Below are positions 1-30,029 of a stretch of 41,950 bases of DNA, piece by piece. Under the pieces are notes generated by a model that searched no databases, had not been told where the DNA came from, and was given only the letters and a program-made list of their open reading frames with translations. This DNA is from Tubiluchus corallicola (taxonomy: Eukaryota > Animalia > Priapulida): assembly GCA_030141605.1 (NCBI GenBank), contig JAQGDQ010001418.1, positions 1 to 41,950 of the forward strand. The letters are read 5' to 3'. Numbering within the stretch: the first letter of the stretch is position 1; every line of letters begins with the position of its first letter. The position numbers and the translations under genes were made by a program.

Positions 1-160
1 GCTTCCATTGAATCCCAATGTATCCCGTGGGGTACAGGCTATATTTAGCACGCGGGCACAGGTAGAAAAAATAATTATTATGTGTAAACAAGACGGACAT
101 ACTTAACAAAAGTACCAAGCCTATTATTCTTATTAAAAAAATAATTTGGGACTGAAAGGG
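1..160 (-). mobile_element. piggyBac-type MITE, partial copy at window edge
   Basis: Ends tgaaaggg|TTAA; matches the 1370 family in reverse. Confidence 0.8.
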
Positions 161-180
161 TTAATTATTACGCACATATC

Positions 181-341
181 AGGCGGTATCACTCAACGAT
201 AGCACGCTTCCCACTTGGGAGGTCGCGGGTTCAACTCCGGAGCGAGTTGCACCAAGGACTTAAAAGATGGTAACGCTGGTTCATCGACCAAGCATGCAGA
301 TAAGAATAATAACAATAATAATAATAATAATAATAATAATC

Positions 342-408
<67 letters not shown>
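181..408 (+). mobile_element. tRNA-derived SINE-like element with (AAT)n tail; inverted copy at about 1140-1349
   Basis: Degenerate A box (tcactcaacgatag), B box ggttcaactcc, short body, then (AAT)n. Confidence 0.55.
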
Positions 409-581
409 GTTTATTTATTTCCACTCTGCATCTAACAGTTATAATAAAAATACAGATAATTTCACTGAAGTAAATATAAATATAAATGCAATATTATCCA
501 GAAATTACAAAAGAGATTCTTATGCAGCATATACATGTGCAAATTACATTACAGAGTAATTTTGATGCATACAAATGAATA

Positions 582-826
582 ACAATGCATATTAGTAATG
601 TGTATCACACAGTCTGTGTAGTACAGTGACATTAAGCTACAACCGTCTTGTAAGGGTTAATGGCATCCGATCTAGTAGAAAAAACTACCCGCACTATCTT
701 TGGGATCGTGGCACGGACTTCAGCTGGATACACTCAATTAATCGCCTGGGCCGCACTTTCATTAGGTTGACAAATCTCTTCGCGGGCCGCACAAATTCTC
801 GGCGGGCTGCAATTTGCACACCCCTG
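582..826 (+). mobile_element. Truncated hAT-type MITE (right half of the 31552 family)
   Basis: Matches 31787-32012; ends aatttgcacacccctg. Confidence 0.85.
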
Positions 827-1139
827 TGTTTATGTCAAGCAAAATATGCTTATGATATATGTGCCTCCATGGCACCTTGGTGTATATTTTATACACAAGA
901 ATTTTGCCCGTAACTGTTGCTATGGCAACCAGCATCTATAGGAAGTTGTGGCAAGAATATTATTGTTATTCATTTGTATGCATCAAAATTATTCTGTAAT
1001 GTAATTTGCACATGTATATGCTGCATAAGAATCTCTTTTGTAATTTCTGGATAATGTTACATTTATATTTATATTTACTTCAGTGAAATTATCTGTATTT
1101 TTATTATAACTGTTAGATGCAGAGTGGCAATAAATAAAC

Positions 1140-1188
<49 letters not shown>

Positions 1189-1369
1189 GATTATTATTAT
1201 TATTATTATTATTATTGTTATTATTCTTATCTGCATGCTTGGTCGATGAACCAGCGTTACCATCTTTTAAGTCCTTGGTGCAACTTGCTCCGGAGTTGAA
1301 CCCGCGACCTCCCAAGTGGGAAGCGTGCTATCGTTGAGTGATACCGCCTGATATGTGCGTAATAATTAA

Positions 1370-1823
1370 CCCTTTCAGTCCCAAATTATTTTTTTAATAA
1401 GAATAATAGGCTTGGTACTTTTGTTAAGTATGTCCGTCTTGTTTACACATAATAATTATTTTTTCTATCTGTGCCCGCGTGCTAAATATAGCCTGTACCC
1501 CACGTGATACATTGGGATTCAATGGAAGCATAAAATGTGGTTCATTTTGCAACTGCTGATAATTTTTTAAAGTATTTAAGATATTTAGTATGCATGCTAT
1601 GCTGATCTGTACAAAGTCATCTCTAAAGTACTGTACCTTGCGCAGTTTTTTATGCTATGTAGATTTTCTAGTTTGCCATTTTATCACCATTTTTAGTCTA
1701 TTGTTATTGGCTTAAATCAAAATAGCTATTAACAGATCAAATTACTGTCAGTTTTAAAATTTTATTAATTTTAAAGGCAGAAAATATTCTCGTATCCCAC
1801 GGGATACAACGGGTATGAAAGGG
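1370..1823 (+). mobile_element. piggyBac-type non-autonomous element (MITE)
   Basis: TTAA|ccctttca ... tgaaaggg|TTAA; three full copies in the window. Confidence 0.9.
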
Positions 1824-1906
1824 TTAAGAAGGTAATAGTTGCTGTTCTTACGTATTACAAATCATTTTTTACAACTATCACAACTATTACAAATCATTTT
1901 TTATAG

Positions 1907-20884
<18,978 letters not shown>

Positions 20885-20922
20885 ACAGATGCTACCGGTG
20901 TTAGTTGCGTTCGATTTAGTCT

Positions 20923-21229
20923 ATAGTAGCAGAAAAAACAATAGCCAATCAACTCGAGGTTTCTCAAATGAATAAGAGTCAAACTTAAAGAGAGATTTTT
21001 TTACACTAACATATCAGGAACTTAAGGCAGGCTTCAAGCTTTTAAATCTGCAGACATACCACTTACTAAATCAACAGAATCAACGATCTATGACTAGTCT
21101 GCAGATTTAAAAGCTTGAAGCCTGCCTTAAGTTCCTGATATGTTAGTGTAAAAAAATCTCTCTTTAAGTTTGACTCTTATTCATTTGAGAAACCTCGAGT
21201 TGATTGGCTATTGTTTTTTCTGCTACTAT
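20923..21229. repeat. Perfect 133-bp inverted repeat (20923-21055 / 21097-21229), 41-bp spacer
   Basis: Arms read as exact reverse complements by eye. Confidence 0.95.
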
Positions 21230-22736
21230 TCCGGTGTTCTGAATAAGAACTGTGGTTTCGTATCATATTTCGTTGATTGTCTTATTTTTTTATATTTTCA
21301 TGTTAACTGCCATTATTTTATTGGTTACTGTTTTTTAGAAGGCATATTATATAATATTATATCATATAATAGTTGTAATTGTTGTATTAGTACGTGTACG
21401 TAACATTAGCCGTGTTCTATCTGTCAAAAATCTCAATTCTAAAAACACGAGTGCTCGTATTTATGTCTAAACAAGAGGAGAGTGTTTGCCAGGAATGCTT
21501 CTCTGTATTATTTTCTTTTTTCTCTAAGACGTTAACGCGTACTCAAGTTCTTAGAACAATTGAACGTTAAACAAAGAGAGCGTGTTGTGTTAGAATTGTT
21601 TTTACTGGCAGTTCTGTTCGTATGACAATGTGTAGTTCTTGCAGAAATGTTGCAGATCAAACGTGTGCTTGCACAGCAAAACCTTTCTAAAGTTTTCTAG
21701 TTATTCACGTATCCTGAATCTCCATTTCTGGAGGATCATTTTGATACCAAGTTCATCATTCTATGTTATTTCTAAGCTGAGATAATCCACGTTGAAGTTG
21801 AGGTGCAGGCTGCACACTGAAAAACATAATCTTGAGAAAATTACTGTTAAAGTCAGCCATTGTTTTTTGTTGCGTTTCTACAAAACACTTAGCAACCGTA
21901 TGAAAGTCTGGTTGCTATGGACTTTGCAAGAGCGCACTGAAGTTATGTTTAAATCCAGTAGATGGCTCTTCCTGACAGAGACCTGGGCTTGGCAACAGAA
22001 AAAAACCCAAAGCAAAATGACAGCTTCCACGAGCTACTATTGGAGTTTAAAAATACAAGTTTTTTGCAATTGCAAGTCCAATATAACGGAACTTTCCAGA
22101 AGTTTCTTCAGGATGTCATACCAGTTTTCAACATTGCGCAAAGACTGCGTACTCAGTTTTATTGTTCAGAGAGTTTTTTACAATTGCAGTGCTTGTTTCT
22201 AGGCAGAAAAGTGGGTACGGGGTTGTAAAATTAGATTTTTAGGAATTTTTTGAAATAATTTCTTGATAATTTCATGTTAGAATACAGAAGTGCAAAATAT
22301 TTAGCGTTTTTTTTACGTATAAAAAATACGAAATAGACATTTGAGCAAATTTTTGGTGCATTCTACTTTGAAGCACCATAACGTAGTTTTTAACCCGTGC
22401 CCACGTACGGACGGTTTTGGTTTGCAAGCATACATTTTGTAACTACATATTGTCAACCATGAAAGTATTGCATGTTGAAGGTATCTGAACCTGTTGGTGA
22501 TTTAAATTTTTTTGTGTGCTTTTATTGAGTCCAGCCATCACTTTCTTGTGATTTTAGTAAGCATTTGAAATGCGTTCTTGTTTTTGTTGATGAAGAAAAA
22601 TTAGCATAGCATTTAATGTAAGTAATGCAGCAGAGTAATGTGCTGCCATCTACCAAATGATGCTTTAAAAATTTTATTTTGCGAAAATGTCCCAGTTCAC
22701 AGTAATTGGTGGTAAACTGGATAGAATTTAGTAATA

Positions 22737-23438
22737 GAGTCAACCTCGAATATAAGGGACACCTCTTGACCAGAAAAAATCGTCCCTTATAGCCGAAGTT
22801 GAGTCAGACCGAGGGTGTATCTAGACCTGTACTTTTCTGTACTTTTACCCATATTTTTATGGATTATTGCTACACATTCAGTGCAAACGGTGTGTAGGAA
22901 GCTCCTTCAGTGATGCGAGTTGTATGTGACCGAGGAAACCGAGCTGTTCGAAGGCCGAGTTTGCGAAAAATTGAGATTAAAAATCGATCAATATCGCTTT
23001 GATCATGGCGTCCCTTGTATGCGAGGTAATTTACCTGGATTTCTATTACGTGGGACCTGAAGATATCGTCCCTTATATGCGAGGTAATTTACCTGGGTTT
23101 CTATTACGTGGGACCTGAAGATATCGTCCCTTATATGCGAGGTAATTTACCTGGTTTTCTATTACGCTGGACCTGAAGATATCGTCCCTTATATGCGAAG
23201 TAATTTACCTGGATTTCTATTACGTGGGACCTGAAGATATCGTCCCTTATATGCGAGGTAATTTACCTGGATTTCTATTACGTGGGACCTGAAGATATCG
23301 TCCCGTATAACCGAAAGTCCCTTATATCCGAGTACCTTATAAACAAAGATTTTTGTAAGGAAAAATGTTAGGAAAAATCGGGATTGGTGTTGGTGACCAG
23401 TCCCTTATGAGCGAGTACCTTATATCCGAGGTTGACTG
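22737..23438 (+). mobile_element. Tigger/pogo (Tc1-mariner) MITE with 5 x 58-bp internal tandem repeat (23009-23305)
   Basis: TA|gagtcaacctcg ... cgaggttgactg|TA. Confidence 0.85.
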
Positions 23439-24220
23439 TAACATTGCATCATAGCAGTATCCATTGTTTTTCTTTGGCGCGATTTTTTTATCATTACAGT
23501 GTCTTCTCAATTATGTGTTTTTATTACTTTCCATATTATTATATTGCATTTTTTTCGTGTTTTTAACGGTTTGGATTTCATATGTCTTACCTGTATATAA
23601 TGTATAATATTGAGAGTTATTTCTGGTAGGGGATTCTGCCTTTCCATTTTGACCGCGCCATTGTCTTTTTATCATGTAGTACCTACAGTCTGCAAAAGTG
23701 AGTCTCAAACACTTCTTATCAGTGTGTAGTAGAAAGAGTGAGCAAGGGGAGAGGGAAAGAAAGGGGGAGACAGAGAGAGTGAGGTGGGAGGAAGTGAGAA
23801 AGTAAGCGGGGGAGACAGAGAGAGAGAGAGAGGGGGGAAGATAAATGATAGAAGAGAGGAAGAGTTTCCGTCATAAAACCCGTAGAAATCACCTTGTGAC
23901 GATAACTATCATGTTTTTATTCGAATTGGAAAATAATTGTGATATAATTACTGTGATTAATTAAGTATTGTTCAAAGAGAAAAACTGCGTATTTCATATT
24001 AATTTCATTTCGGTAAAGAGGACTAAAGCTTTCAAGCTATTAAGAATTAAGCTACGGTGGTTTTATGATTAATAACTGTATGTCATATTGTTTAATATCA
24101 GTGTTTACTGAATTGTATACAATAAAAAAAGTACCTTTCTGTGTAAAAAGGCCTTCATTCGAATTTAATGGCCATAAAAACTGGAAAACTCGGCAAAAAT
24201 GGGACCTATAATCGGTGTAC

Positions 24221-24612
24221 AATAAGCCTTTTCACAGTTTCTTTGTGCACATGGGCTCTTGCTGTAGGTCAAAGGTTGAGTGTAGCCAAGAACGACTCCC
24301 AACTACAACCGTCATGTGACGTGTGCGTAAAACAAAGCCGTCTGCCGCATCAGTAATTTCAGTTGTTTTGCATGAACTTTACTTAATTATGCATTAGTCT
24401 GTGCATAGAGTGGTTAACTAGCAGAATCTTGCTTGGCAACAAGAAAAAATCAACTAGGTAAGGTTCTAGGTAGCTGTTAAAAGTGTTACTATTACAATAG
24501 CATGGGTTGCTAGGCGTTGTCAAGTGTACACAAATGTGGTGTCTGGTACACTTAACCTTTGACCTTTTCACGATCATCATCATCGATCATCGGAACTGTG
24601 AAAAGGCTTATT
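24221..24612 (+). mobile_element. TIR MITE, superfamily uncertain (AT flank suggests ISL2EU-like)
   Basis: aataagccttttcacagtt ... aactgtgaaaaggcttatt; second copy at 33113. Confidence 0.7.
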
Positions 24613-25224
24613 AGATTGTTCAACCATGGATACAGGTGTGCGCAGCTCCACAGAAATGTTTTTTGCTGTTTTTTCATTTATTAATTCTGGCTTGGACACG
24701 GATGGTGATTCACTGTCTCATCTTGGTTCAAATCTCGTCTTAGAGGATTAGGCTTGATGATGATTTACGTTCTCGTCCTGCCACAACCCTGTGATGTCAC
24801 CGAGGTGTGATAAAAAATTTCATGAATCAACTCGTTTCTCTAAATTGTATATTTTGGAGGCACCTGTTCTCCGGAACAACGAAAAATTTTTCTGTACAAA
24901 AAATGCAACACTTATTTAGGAAAGTACTCTATTTTACATAACTACAATATAAAATAAATTAAAATATGTCACTTATAATACAATTCAACTTAAAAAAGCA
25001 TGTAGAAATTATAACATTATAATAAGCAAAGAACAGCACTTATATAATTACAAATATTTAACAAAATAAAACAATATAGAATGTCAACTGAGATTCAATA
25101 TACGTTAAGCGAAATGAAATGTGAAACTAGTTTAATGAGCTGCTAGTGTGACCACTAAAAGAAGATGATGATTCTGATAGTTCATGTCCTTGCCAAAGCA
25201 CGAATTTCAAACACACTGTCGCTA

Positions 25225-25727
25225 CCTCCCTCTCTCCCTTTCTCCTCTCTCCCCCCTCTCTCTTTCCCTCTCCTCTTTCTTTCCCCCTCTCCTCTCTCAC
25301 TCTCCCCCTCCCCTCTCTCTCTCTGTGTCTCTCTCTGCATGTGTCTCTCTCTCCCCCTCCCTCCCCTCTCTCTCTCTGTCTGCCTCTCTGCGTGTCTCTC
25401 TCTTCCCTCCCCCTCTTCTCTCTCTCTCTCCACCCCTCTCTCTCTCTCTCTCCCTCTCCTCTTTCTCTCTTTCCCCCTCTCTCTCTCCCCCTCCCTCCCC
25501 TCTCTCTCTCTCTGTGTCTCTCTCTGTCTGCCTCTCTGCGTGTCTCTCTCTTCCCTCCCCCTCTTCTCTCTCTCTCTCCACCCCTCTCTCTCTCTCTCTC
25601 CCTCTCCTCTTTCTCTCTTTCCCCCTCTACTCTCTCTCTCTCTGTCTCTTTCTCCCTCCCTCCCTCCCCCTCTCTGTGTCTCTCTCTCTCTGTGTGTCTG
25701 TCTCTCTCCCTCTCCCCCTCCCCCTCC
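25225..25727. repeat. CT-rich low-complexity tract
   Basis: Direct observation. Confidence 0.95.
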
Positions 25728-26369
25728 GTCGACACACATTCCCTTCTTCCCAGTTCGTGCAAAGAGAAACTAAAAAAACTCAACCGGCATGGACCCCATC
25801 TCCGCATCAGAAGAGTACACGAAAACATGAAAAGCACCAAAACTCACAAGAGCAAACAATATGCACTTAGAAAGTGGAACTAACAATAATTCATCAAGCT
25901 ATGAAATCACAAATGAACTTCAATGTATATCATGTAGAACTGTTAACTGAAATTAATGAAACTTTTGCAGGTACATCAGGGATGCTGATGACAACGACGA
26001 GTGTCGATAATTATCGATGCGAAAAATGTTTTTAAATCGTTATCAAATCGACATTTTTCTAGGAAAATCATGTTGAATTTAGCAAGTATCGCTTGCTTTA
26101 CGCATGCAAAGTTTGCGGAGAAACATTTGGAAAATTGCACGAATGATTTTCTTCCTACGATGGCAGCTGTCTTTGCTCAGTTTTGTGACACACGAATGCC
26201 AAGTGCCTGTACTTTTACAGGCAATTTCCCAGTTATGTACAAGTAGTACAGCTCACACAAATATATTATGTAATAATGGATCTATGTGTAATATATTTAC
26301 CTGTTGCAGATCACATGTTAGTATGTTTTAAGACTAAACAAAGAAAAGAATTTTGTCATAGATTACAGT

Positions 26370-26724
26370 CAGGGACTATTTCAGCCTAAGCGAGGCCCGG
26401 GAAAGTGGGGCGTCTGAGGCCCCATCGGGGGGGCGCTACAATGGTTGGCGCCCAGAAATTTTTGAACTGCTAGAAGGCCGGAGAAGCATTTTCGAAGAGA
26501 AAATATGGAGTTATACAGTTGTTAAAGGAAAGAACAATTGAAAGAAAAACTGCTTTGTTCTCAAGACCAGTCCTTAATACTTGTCAATACTGGCAAACGG
26601 CGCAAGAGAGAGAGGAGGCAGTATGTTCGCATAAAACAAAAAAATGTTACCTTGGCGCGAGGCCCCCCTGGAGGGTGAGGCCCCGGGGAAGTATCCCCAC
26701 TTCCCCCTCTTGAAATAGGCCCTG
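26370..26724 (+). mobile_element. hAT-type MITE
   Basis: TIR cagggactatttca / tgaaataggccctg; perfect 8-bp TSD ATTACAGT. Confidence 0.9.
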
Positions 26725-26853
26725 ATTACAGTACAGTGTATTTACATGTTAACTGGGAAATATCCTACAAAAATATGGTGTTGTAATACACGAAGACATC
26801 TCACACAATAACTAACCAAGCATTTAGTATCGTGTCTATCGTTCAAAATAATT

Positions 26854-27694
26854 TATCGTATTGTATCATCTGAAAAACAGATCGTGAATAACGTATCGTA
26901 TTGTATCATCTGAAAAACAGATTATGAATAACGTATCGTATTGTATCATCTGAAAAACAGATTATGAATAACGTATCGTATTGTATCATCTGAAAAACAG
27001 ATCGTGAATAACGTATCGTACTGTATGATCTGGAAAACAGATTATGAATATCGTATAGTAGTGTATCATCTGAAAAACAGTTTATGAGTAACGTATAGTA
27101 TTGTATCATCTGAAAAACAGATTATGAATTACGAATTGTATTGTACCATCTGAAAAACAGATTGTGAATAACGTATCGTATTGTATCATCTGAAAAACAG
27201 ATTATGAATAACGTATAGTATTGTATCAACTGAAAAACAGATTATGAATAACGAATTGTATTGTATCATCTGAAAAACAGATCGTGAATAACGTATCGTA
27301 TTGCATCATCTGAAAAACAGATCGTGAATAACGTATCGTATTGCATCATCTGAAAAACAGATCGTGAATAACGTATCGTATTGCATCATCTGAAAAACAG
27401 ATCGTGAATAACGTATCGTATTGCATCATCTGAAAAACAGATCGTGAATAACGTATCGTATTGCATCAACTGAAAAACAGATCGTGAATAACGTATCGTA
27501 TTGTATCAACTGAAAAACAGAATGAATAACGTATCGTATTGCATCATCTGAAAAACAGATCGTGAATAACGTATCGTATTGTATCATGTGAAAAACAGAT
27601 TATGAATAACGAATCGTTTTGTATCATCTGAAAAACAGATCATGAATAACGTATCGTATTGTATCATCTGAAAAACAGATTATGAATAACGTAT
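26854..27694. repeat. 40-bp minisatellite, about 21 copies
   Basis: Unit tatcgtattgtatcatctgaaaaacagatcgtgaataacg. Confidence 0.97.
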
Positions 27695-28149
27695 TGTTAT
27701 TGTACTGCCAAATTTGTATTGTTTAACATCCCTAACTATTTTAATAGTTTAGCACAAATATGGTCATAAATAAGTTGTGAGCTATCTTACTTGTTACAAT
27801 AACTATAAATCTTTAGCGCCACAAGAACTTTGCAGCAAAATTTACTTATGTTAATAATCAAGTTGTACACTTTTGCAGCTGTCTCAGCAAAATAGTGCAT
27901 CTATACTGTTGGAAGACAAAGAAACTGCAGTTTAAAGAATGTTGGAAGGCAAACTGAATGCACCTTTGCTGACCAGAATAATTGTCATTTGCTGACCAGA
28001 CGTCCAAATCTGAACGATACGCACATATGTAATACTTATTGGGTTTTAAAACAGATGAAGATTCTTTCCTCGGCTAATGACAGAATATCGTTTTAAATAA
28101 ACACACAACATCCATCGAAGTCTGAAGATTTAGACCTTAGAGATGCTAA

Positions 28150-28396
28150 GGGTGCGTTCAAACTAGCAAGTTTTCTTGCGGGAGTTCTCTCTGACAGTAA
28201 ACTTGCAATTGTGAACGGCTTTGCGAGAATTGTCGAGAGTTTTGCCGAGTGCCAACTCGTGCTTAATGTGTGCGACAAAATTCACAGCAACTGTCAGAGA
28301 GTTTGCAAAAACGTGCCGACAAAACTCGCAAAACCGTTCATACTAACTCTCAGAGAGAAATCTCGCAAAAGAGAACTTGTTCGTCTGAATGCGCCA
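28150..28396. mobile_element. Degenerate PIF/Harbinger-like MITE
   Basis: TAA|gggtgcgttcaaac ... gtctgaatgcgcc, with extended imperfect inverted arms. Confidence 0.5.
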
Positions 28397-28481
28397 CAAG
28401 TTCAGCACGTTGAAAAATGATAATACTAATGTACAATACACTGGCATACCGGTACTAGCACTTTACTTAAAAATTTGTATA

Positions 28482-28971
28482 CGGTCAATCTCGGATATAA
28501 GGGACACTTCGGAGCCGGAAAAAATCGCCCCTTATATCCGATGTCCCTTATAGCCGAAGTTGAGTCAGACCGAGGGTGTATCTAGACCTGTACTTTTACC
28601 CATATTTTTATGGATTATTGCTACACATTCGGAGCAAACGGTACGTAGGAAGCTCCTTCAGTGATGCGAGATGTATGTGACCACGGAAACCGAGCTGTTA
28701 AAAGGCCGAGTTTGCGAAAAATTGAGGCTAAAAATCGATCAATTTCACTTTGATCATAGGGTCCCTTATATGCGAGATAATTTACCTGGATTTCTATTAC
28801 GCGGGACCTGAAGATACCGTCTCTTATAATCGAAAGTCCCTTATATCCGAGTACCGTATATAAGAAGATTTTTACATAGGAAAAATGTTACGAAAAATCG
28901 GGACTGGTGTTGGTGGTCCCTTATAAGCGAGTGTCCTTTATAAGGGAGTACCTTATACGCGAGGTTAACCG
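28482..28971 (+). mobile_element. Tigger/pogo MITE (22737 family)
   Basis: TA|cggtcaatctcg ... cgaggttaaccg|TA. Confidence 0.85.
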
Positions 28972-29508
28972 TAGTTATCTACGTTTATCAAGAATCAGTC
29001 TGTTGCCTTCTATGGGCAAGTATGAGAACTTATGCTACTCATGATACAATTTCTGAATGGCACATTGTTGTTACAGTACGTTACGCATACAAATAAAGGC
29101 AGCTTCGGTAAACATAAGTGAAGAATACAGCTCGACTAGCCTATAGTTCTAACTTATAACTTTTTTGAACTCGTAAGCCGAGGGACATTCGAAAATGAAT
29201 CCTGTCAATTTTCTATCTAAATTTGATCTAAAAATTTCGCCTTTGGAAAACACAGTAGAAAACCGTGTTGAGAAATTACAATGTGCCGGGATCACCTTGT
29301 TGCAAAAACTAAGAAAAACGGAAGTCCGAGATTATGTTTTACCTCTAATAGACGCTGTAGCTTGATCAGCTTAAATAGCTGCTTGTATGAAACAACTTGC
29401 TAAGTTGGTTAAATACCAATCATTTGATGTTGATGGCTATGAAGTGTGTCTGAACATTACTAAGTTGTTCTACACGCCATGAATTTTGAATTTGTGTTTC
29501 TTATTCGT

Positions 29509-30029
29509 TTACCCCGTCATGCTTACGTTTTCCAGTAGAGGGCTGGTATCAGTCGAGGATATACCGCTAGGACACTGTGACTCGCCTATGCTTGAAAAAT
29601 CAGCGCTGCTCTGCATGGGCGACCCTCGAGACATCTCGCTTTCCACTAGATTACTAACGATGTTGTGAATGAACGTCGGCGGTTGCTTAGCAACGTCAGC
29701 ATCCGACTGCGCACACTCGCTGGCCATGCTGATCTGACTCGACTCCGTGTCGCTCTCCTGGAGACTGTTGTTCAAATTTCGGTTCTGGTTTTGTCCGAGC
29801 GGAGGTGCCGCCGATTCGACGGGCGGAGTGGGAGTGGGTCCTCCGTCTCCGCGGTCGGAAGGCGGGCACTGTTCCGGGGCACGACTGGAAGGAGCATCGT
29901 CGTCCTCATCGACAAAATGAGAAGGACTAGCTTCGACCCCGACCTGAAGGTCACCAACCGATTGAAGACTGTGTACAGAAGTAAGAGATCCGGTGAGAGG
30001 ACGCATGCTCAGCGTATCCTCCTTTGAGC
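29509..30029 (-). CDS. RUNDC3: RUNDC3 probable terminal coding exon (Ser/acidic tail)
   Basis: attttcctag|GC; GSKEDTLSMRPLTGSLTSV...NVSMTG-TAA. Confidence 0.8.

Larger units (their letters stand above)
1..1529. repeat. Large inverted duplication: arms 1-586 and 962-1529; left arm runs off the window
   Basis: Arms are reverse complements with few substitutions; the (AAT)n tract differs by 18 bp. Confidence 0.95.

Noticed and set aside
215-1315. Twin poly-Asn and poly-Ile ORFs
   Set aside because: They come from the (AAT)n SINE tail copied by the inverted duplication.
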